Source of the DNA: Chthoniobacteraceae bacterium
GTDB lineage: Bacteria > Verrucomicrobiota > Verrucomicrobiia > Chthoniobacterales > Chthoniobacteraceae
Assembly (NCBI GenBank): GCA_031409655.1
Contig: JANNXQ010000260.1
Location: 1-33,471 of the forward strand
DNA: 33,471 nt
Reading direction: 5' to 3'
The notes under the pieces are model-generated. The model had not been told where the DNA came from, searched no databases, and saw only the letters and a list, made by a program, of their open reading frames with translations. Made by a program: the position numbers and the translations under genes. The number at the start of each line of letters is the position of its first letter. Position 1 is the stretch's first letter. This document shows, piece by piece, positions 28,020 to 33,471 of this stretch.

Positions 28020-29105
28020 ATGAACTTTCGCCCGCTCACCGACCACCGCGTTTTCCGAATGCTCAAGGCCACCGCCGACGCGTGGCTGGAAGACAACGCG
28101 CTGCGGCTCAGTGCGGCGCTCGCTTACTACTCCATCTTTTCCATCGCCCCGTTGCTCGTCATCGCGATCAGCGTCGCTGGACTCGTGCTCGGCGAGGAAG
28201 CGGTGCGCGGCCAGCTCGGCCAGCAGCTCGAAGGCTATCTCGGACCGCAAGCCGCCGCGGGCGTGCAGACTCTGGTCCAAAGCGCCTCGAAGCCCTCCGA
28301 AGGCTGGCTCGGTGCGATCGTCGGATTTGCCACGCTGCTGCTCGGCGCTTCGGGGGTTTTTGGGCAATTGAAGGACGCGCTCAACACCATCTGGGGGGTG
28401 AAACCGAAAGGCGGCGCGGGGGTCTGGCGCTTCGTCCGTGAGCGGCTGCTGAACTTCGGCCTGGTGCTCGTCATCGGCTTTCTCTTGCTCACATCGCTGG
28501 TCCTCACCACGACCCTCGCCGCGCTCTCGGGTTACATCGAGCAACGCGTCGGCATCCCACCCGTCGTCGGCGGGCTCGTGACCTTCGGCGTCTCGTTGGG
28601 CGTGGTCACCCTGCTCTTCGCTTTCATTTTCAAAGTGCTGCCCGATGCGCAAATCGAATGGCGCAACGTGTGGATCGGTGCCGGCGTCACCGCGCTGCTT
28701 TTCGAGATCGGCAAGTTCGGCCTCGGCTTCTATCTCGGTCGGGAAAGCACGGCGTCGGGCTTCGGCGCCGCGGGCTCCGTGGTCATCCTGCTCCTGTGGG
28801 TCTATTACGCCTCGTGCATTTTGCTTTTCGGCGCGGAGTTCACGCAGGTCTATGCCCGCGAGACCGGGCACGACATCCAACCCTCGCCGAATGCTGTGCC
28901 CGTGACCGCGAAGGAGCGCGCGCAACAGGGCCTCGTTCCGGCTCACATCCCCGAGCAGCGGAGCGCGCCACCGCAGCCACTGCGGCTCCCCGTCCCTGCG
29001 GCACCCACTGGCGGCCATCCGATGGGCGCGCTGCTCGGAGTCGTCGCTGCGGCCTTCGTGGTCGGCCTCGTCGCCCGCCGCGAAGTGGAGCGCCGCGGTT
29101 CGTGA
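28020..29105 (+). CDS. YihY/virulence factor BrkB family membrane protein
   Basis: AALAYYSIFSIAPLL, LKDALNTIW, FKVLPD, FGAAGSVVILLLWVYY..ILLFGAEFT. Confidence 0.92.
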   Translation: MNFRPLTDHRVFRMLKATADAWLEDNALRLSAALAYYSIFSIAPLLVIAISVAGLVLGEEAVRGQLGQQLEGYLGPQAAAGVQTLVQSASKPSEGWLGAIVGFATLLLGASGVFGQLKDALNTIWGVKPKGGAGVWRFVRERLLNFGLVLVIGFLLLTSLVLTTTLAALSGYIEQRVGIPPVVGGLVTFGVSLGVVTLLFAFIFKVLPDAQIEWRNVWIGAGVTALLFEIGKFGLGFYLGRESTASGFGAAGSVVILLLWVYYASCILLFGAEFTQVYARETGHDIQPSPNAVPVTAKERAQQGLVPAHIPEQRSAPPQPLRLPVPAAPTGGHPMGALLGVVAAAFVVGLVARREVERRGS

Positions 29106-29125
29106 TCATCCCAGATTTTCGACAA

Positions 29126-29150
29126 GCGCACCGCTCCTCCCTCGCGCGAT
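29126..29150 (+). promoter_or_regulatory. Island bipartite motif upstream of PA2169-like gene
   Basis: gacaa-GCGCAC-N14-GCGAT, 12 nt before ATG 29163. Confidence 0.75.
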
Positions 29151-29162
29151 AGAGACATTACT

Positions 29163-29612
29163 ATGAGCAACACCACCTCCACTCTCAACGACCTGATCGA
29201 AACCCTGAAAGACGGCCAGGAAGGCTTCCGCGCCGCGGCGGAAGACGTCGAATCCTCCGATCTTAAAACCCTCTTCGGCGAATACTCGCTCCAGCGCAGC
29301 AAGTTCGCCGGCGAACTCCAAGCGCTCGCCCGCGGACTCGGCGAAAAGGAACCCGAGACCACCGGCTCCGTCTCCGGCGCGCTGCATCGCGGCTGGATCA
29401 ATCTCAAGGCCGCGCTTTCCAGCAAAGACGAGCACGCCATCCTCGCGGAGTGCGAGCGCGGCGAAGATTCCGCCGTCGCCGAATACCAGAAAGCGCTCGA
29501 GCAAACGGGCCTGCCCGCCAACGTCCAGGACATCCTCCGCACGCAATTCACCGCCGTGCAAGCCGCGCACGATCGCGTGCGCAACCTGCGCGACTCGCTC
29601 GCGGCGAAGTAA
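29163..29612 (+). CDS. PA2169-family four-helix-bundle (ferritin-like, DUF2383) protein
   Basis: LNDLIETLKDGQEGF, GALHRGWINLK, ECERGEDSA. Confidence 0.92.
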   Translation: MSNTTSTLNDLIETLKDGQEGFRAAAEDVESSDLKTLFGEYSLQRSKFAGELQALARGLGEKEPETTGSVSGALHRGWINLKAALSSKDEHAILAECERGEDSAVAEYQKALEQTGLPANVQDILRTQFTAVQAAHDRVRNLRDSLAAK

Positions 29613-29647
29613 CACAACAAGACCTCCTCAGTCGCCGCAAGGCGCAG

Positions 29648-29687
29648 AACGGCAGCGACCCTCCATTGGTTGCTGCCGTTTTCTTTT
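29648..29687 (+). terminator. Intrinsic terminator after PA2169-like gene
   Basis: 13-bp stem aacggcagcgacc/ggttgctgccgtt (one G-U), 7-nt loop, followed by ttctttt; lies between convergent genes. Confidence 0.8.
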
Positions 29688-29723
29688 GCCACCACCGCCA
29701 CACTCCGGGCAACTCCGACGACG

Positions 29724-31610
29724 TTAATTCCCGATCACTTCCGAAGCCAGCAGCACGCCGGACTCGGCAGCAAGATTCCAAGGGATCTCCGTCTCGAACG
29801 GGAGGGTGCCGCCTCCGCCGTAGCGGGGATCTTCACTCGACCACACCAACTTCCATCGGCAGCCACGCGGCGGGGCGAGCAGCGGTTCGGGGGCGGGATC
29901 AAGGGGTGATTGCGGGCCGAGATTGATCAGCAGCAGGCGATCGTCCTGCGCCGGGCCGAAGAACCGCAGGACGAAAGCCGCGGCATCGAGCACGGCGCCG
30001 TCGCAAGTTCCGCGCGGCGCTTTGCCGAGCACCGGATCGTCGCGGCGCAGGTGCAGCAGATCACGATGCAGACGCAGCACCGCGGCGTGGGTTTGCCGCT
30101 CCGAGAAATCCAGCTTGCAGCGCTGGAAGGTGTCGCTCGAACCAGGATCGGGGAGTAACTCGACCCCATCGCCCGCGGCGATGCGGGGAAATTGCCGGAG
30201 TAACTCCGCGCGCCCCGCCGCCACCGCACGCGCCAACTCGGGCGGATGATCGGAAAAATAGAGAAACGGCGCGGAAGCCGCGAACTCCTGACCCTGGAAT
30301 AACATCGGAGTATTCGGACCCAGCAAGAGCAGCGCGGTGAGCGCGCGCCAGCGGCCCGCGCTGGCCATCGTGTGCAGACGCCGGCCCGCCAGAGAATTGG
30401 CGATCTGATCGTGATTCTGCAGGAAGTTTACAAAGCTCGCCGGCGAGAGATCAAAACCCGGTTCCCCCCGCGGCGCGCCCAGCCACTTGCTCCGCTGGCC
30501 CTGGTAAAGAAAACCCCGCTTGGCCATGGAAATGAACTCCTGCGGAGATCCGCGATAGCTCATGTAGTAGGCTTCCTGTCGCCCGGTGAGTGCGACCATC
30601 GCCGCATGATGAAAGTCATCGTTCCACATGGCTTGCAGGCCGCAGCCGCCTTCCTCGAGTGAACGGAGGAGATGGGAGCGCTGGGTCTCATCTTCCGCGA
30701 CCAAATAAGTGCCGCGCCCGCGCGCTGCATCGCGCACCTGGCGGGCGATCACCCCCAGCACATGGTCGTGCGATACATCGAGGATTTGCTGCGTGGCATC
30801 CAGCCGCAACCCGTCGAGATGGAATTCGTCGATCCAGTAACCGGCATTCGCGACGAAAAACTCGCGCACCGGGCCGCTGTGCTCGTCGTCGAAATTCAGC
30901 GCGTCGCCCCAATCGTTCTTGTAACTCGAGCTGAAGTATTGCCGGGAAAAATTTCCCAGGTAATTCCCCTCGGGACCAAGATGATTATAGACAACATCGA
31001 GAATGACTCCGAGGCCGGACGTGTGCGCGCGATCCACAAAGCGGCGGAAGTCATCCGGATCGCCGTAGAGCCGCGTGGGCGCGAAGAGATTTACGCCATC
31101 ATAACCCCAGCCATGCCGGCCGGGGAAATCCGCAATGGGCATGACTTCGATCAAAGTAACCCCGAGATCCGCGAGATGCTGCAACTGCTCCATCGCCGCG
31201 GCCCACGTGCCTTCGCGCGTGAAGGTGCCGATGTGCATCTCGTAGATCGCTTGTCCGTCCCGCTGCACCCCAAGCCACTCACCATCCGACCAAATGAATG
31301 CGCCTGGATCGACGATCTGCGACGCCCCGTGTGGCCCGAGCGGTTGAAAGCGCGACGCGGGATCGGGCCAAGCTCCGCCATCGAGTTGGTAGCGATATTG
31401 CATTCCCGCCCTAGCTACGCCGACATCACCGGACCAATAGCCGCTCCGTTCGGCGCGCAGTTGGGCCGGGATCGCATCGGTTAAATCATTCCTCCATCCA
31501 AAGATTACGGAAACCCGATCCGCCGTGGGTGCCCACACGCGGAAATGCACGCCGCCGCCAGCCTGGACTTCGGCTCCCACTGGCAACCGGCGTGAGTCGT
31601 GCCTGGTCAT
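29724..31610 (-). CDS. treZ: Malto-oligosyltrehalose trehalohydrolase
   Basis: FRVWAP, PDPASRFQP.GPHG, YEMHIGTFT, WGYDGV, DVVYNHLGP, GLRLDAT, LQNHDQ, PMLFQGQE (alternative start 31646). Confidence 0.95.
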   Translation of the reverse strand: MTRHDSRRLPVGAEVQAGGGVHFRVWAPTADRVSVIFGWRNDLTDAIPAQLRAERSGYWSGDVGVARAGMQYRYQLDGGAWPDPASRFQPLGPHGASQIVDPGAFIWSDGEWLGVQRDGQAIYEMHIGTFTREGTWAAAMEQLQHLADLGVTLIEVMPIADFPGRHGWGYDGVNLFAPTRLYGDPDDFRRFVDRAHTSGLGVILDVVYNHLGPEGNYLGNFSRQYFSSSYKNDWGDALNFDDEHSGPVREFFVANAGYWIDEFHLDGLRLDATQQILDVSHDHVLGVIARQVRDAARGRGTYLVAEDETQRSHLLRSLEEGGCGLQAMWNDDFHHAAMVALTGRQEAYYMSYRGSPQEFISMAKRGFLYQGQRSKWLGAPRGEPGFDLSPASFVNFLQNHDQIANSLAGRRLHTMASAGRWRALTALLLLGPNTPMLFQGQEFAASAPFLYFSDHPPELARAVAAGRAELLRQFPRIAAGDGVELLPDPGSSDTFQRCKLDFSERQTHAAVLRLHRDLLHLRRDDPVLGKAPRGTCDGAVLDAAAFVLRFFGPAQDDRLLLINLGPQSPLDPAPEPLLAPPRGCRWKLVWSSEDPRYGGGGTLPFETEIPWNLAAESGVLLASEVIGN

Positions 31611-31651
31611 TTGCGGCACCGCTACTTCCGCGTCAGGAGGCTCCATAGCCG

Positions 31652-32266
31652 CTACCGCGGGACCGTCGGCGCGGGAGTCGTCCGAGTGGGACTTTCGAGC
31701 ACCAGGCCATCAAAGGTCAGCACTTGAGTTCCGCGCAGGCGGATCTGTTTTCCATCCGGCAAAGTCAACATACCATCCGGCTTCACCGTCGTCCCGTTCG
31801 GCAGCTTAAAATCCCGGCCGAGCCGCTCGATCACGCCATTGCGCGTCACCATCACCGCCCCACCGGAAACCGTCACTCCATCGGCAGAGGAAGTGACGAC
31901 CCCTTCGCCCACATTCTTCATCGGGGTCACCAACGAACTCACGGGCGCCGTCCCCTGCGGCGAGAGCGCAACGTCTTCAAAGGCACCGGTCAGCGTGAGC
32001 AGTTGATTGTCCCGCAGCGCCGCCTTCTCGCCATTTGGCAAAGTGACGGAACCATCGGCTTGCACGCGCAAGCCGTTCTCGAGCACGAGTTCCCTCTCCA
32101 CCTTTTGCGAGACGCCATTGCGGGTGAGGAGGACGCCGGCCCCCCCCCGGGTGAACCCGTCGCGCGCGGAAACCGCGCCGCCCGGGACCACTCCTGGCAA
32201 TGATTTCTGAGCAAAAGCAAGCTGACTGGCAAAGACGACAAAAAGAGAGAGCAGCGACCTTTTCAT
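31652..32266 (-). CDS. Secreted protein with two tandem DUF6799-like beta-rich domains
   Basis: Signal peptide MKRSLL...AFA; two ~59-aa repeats DG...TRNG...L.NG..V..DG..TLP.G....LR..Q.LT..G. Confidence 0.75.
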   Translation of the reverse strand: MKRSLLSLFVVFASQLAFAQKSLPGVVPGGAVSARDGFTRGGAGVLLTRNGVSQKVERELVLENGLRVQADGSVTLPNGEKAALRDNQLLTLTGAFEDVALSPQGTAPVSSLVTPMKNVGEGVVTSSADGVTVSGGAVMVTRNGVIERLGRDFKLPNGTTVKPDGMLTLPDGKQIRLRGTQVLTFDGLVLESPTRTTPAPTVPR

Positions 32267-32275
32267 GGAACTCAA

Positions 32276-32300
32276 ATCGCTGGACACGCCCGCTGCGGTC
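32276..32300 (-). promoter_or_regulatory. Island bipartite motif upstream of DUF6799-like gene/treZ
   Basis: cacac-GACCGC-N14-GCGAT, 9 nt before ATG 32266. Confidence 0.8.
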
Positions 32301-32316
32301 GTGTGAAATCCCACGC

Positions 32317-32341
32317 GGTCAGTGCGGCGACCACGAGCGAT
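32317..32341 (+). promoter_or_regulatory. Island bipartite motif upstream of 24-aa peptide gene
   Basis: cacgc-GGTCAG-N14-GCGAT, 13 nt before ATG 32355. Confidence 0.6.
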
Positions 32342-32354
32342 TCATCAGGCACCT

Positions 32355-32429
32355 ATGAATAATGTCTTCTACATCATCGGTGTGCTCGTGGTCATCCTCG
32401 TCATCCTCAAATTCGTCGGGCTTTACTGA
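32355..32429 (+). CDS. 24-aa single-TM microprotein MNNVFYIIGVLVVILVILKFVGLY
   Basis: Manual translation; host-like C/G third positions (atc, gtc, ctc, ttc); motif upstream; below the ORF-track cutoff. Confidence 0.7.
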   Translation: MNNVFYIIGVLVVILVILKFVGLY

Positions 32430-32684
32430 GCCACTTCGTGCTGATTGAGAGGCGGCTCTTTTGGGCTAGATCGCCAGACCGATCCGTCGTTCCATCTTCA
32501 TCTCCCACCCAGCACCGCCGCAGCTGGTACCGCGGCATTTCTGACCGGAGTATCCTTGAGCACCCTGACTTCCATCAGGCGCTCCGCCGCGCAATTTCAA
32601 ACCGCGAACTACCACCACCCTGCGCCCTTGTTTGCACTTCGTTCAAGAGCCATATGTCCACACCGGCGTCCTTCCTTTAATGGC

Positions 32685-33335
32685 ACGGGATAGTGAGTAT
32701 AACGGACCGAGCACCCGACCCACTTCTGCGCCCGTATTGCCGGCGGCGACGCGCTGCTCGATGCAACGTTTCTATGAACGATTCAGTCCAGGTATTGTGG
32801 TAGAGATTGGCGCGCTGGGACATGCTCTGGCGGAGGCCGGCCTGGCGCAGGCACTGCCCGTAAGTGCCGCTGCCATACTGGCTACCGCGATCCCTGTGAA
32901 AGATGAGGCTGGGCGGTGTTGCGCTCGATCCCGAAGTCTGGCGGAGAGCCTACACGACCAACTCTGCGTGCAGATTCCCGGCTAGGTACCCGCCGACAAT
33001 CTTGCGCGAACAAAGATCAATGACAACAGTCAGATAAAATCAACCGGCGGGGGTGGGGATGAAGGTAATGTCCCCAGGCCAGACCTGGTCGGGCTTTGAC
33101 GGCAGCGGCTGGTCGAAGAGAAGGTTGGTCAGCTCGTCCCCCACTGGCTTTTGGTACTTAGGTTTTGCGCTGAATGGCGCGCTAGTCGCATGCGCGCATA
33201 AGCCGGCAGATGCGATCGGGCGCACTGATCACGTCCGCGTCGGAGAGTTCCTCGGCAATGCACCGGTGGCCATAACGACGGCGATGACGCTGGAAGATGA
33301 CTTCGATCCGATCACTGATCTGGTGGTCCTCACAC
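32685..33335 (-). mobile_element. Degenerate IS3-family transposase (integrase core) remnant
   Basis: IFQRHRRRYG, KPDQVWPGDITFIPT, *FYLTVVIDLCSRKIVG, LIFHRDRGSQY, QSMSQRANLYHNTWTESF; in-frame stops at 33040-33042 and 32950-32952; boundaries approximate. Confidence 0.88.
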
Positions 33336-33471
33336 TACTGAGCATTCCAAAAAAGGTTCATAGTCCATCGAGGTTAAGAGTCGATTGGATCCAGAAGGCG
33401 CGCAGACAACGCTTCACCTTCCGGACTCGGGTCAGAGCCTTGGGCGCGGCGCGGCTGAGTTCCCAAAGCTC
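33336..33471 (-). mobile_element. 3' end of a probable IS630-family element running off the window
   Basis: ELWELSRAAPKALTRVRKVKRCLRAFWIQS...* (stop 33358-33360) resembles IS630 transposase C-termini; followed by ggaatgctcagTA at the junction with the IS3 remnant. Confidence 0.55.

Noticed and set aside
32632..32985. 117-aa plus-strand ORF
   Set aside because: It is the antisense of the IS3 integrase remnant
1..33471. CRISPR arrays, tRNA/rRNA genes, riboswitches, phage or defence genes
   Set aside because: No regularly spaced direct repeats, RNA-gene signatures or such protein motifs were seen by eye; a covariance-model search was not possible

Overview
GC-rich bacterial DNA; the gene style suggests Verrucomicrobiota, but that is inference only. 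Left part (1-5.9 kb): a frameshifted multicopper oxidase with a C-terminal beta-barrel, a small lipoprotein, a YHS protein, an NADP-dependent oxidoreductase, a succinate-semialdehyde dehydrogenase, then decayed SDR, nitroreductase and IS630 fragments. Middle (5.9-32.4 kb): a general-stress/desiccation island with mlaEFD-like transporter, DUF2934, treS-mak, treY, treZ, a NarL-type regulator, a hybrid kinase, a GSP26-like protein, paoABC-xdhC-mocA, ROK kinase, HAD hydrolase, CsbD-DUF883, YihY, PA2169-like, DUF6799-like and several tiny proteins. Right end: an IS3 remnant interrupted by an IS630 end. Main finding: 17 gene starts in the island, covering essentially every operon-leading gene, carry the same bipartite motif (R)C-GNSCRN-N14-GCGAT at fixed spacing, usually 8-13 nt before the start codon. 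It is not seen before operon-internal genes or the left-hand genes whose upstream DNA is visible. This looks like an alternative-sigma (or activator-dependent) stress regulon driving leaderless or very short-leader mRNAs.
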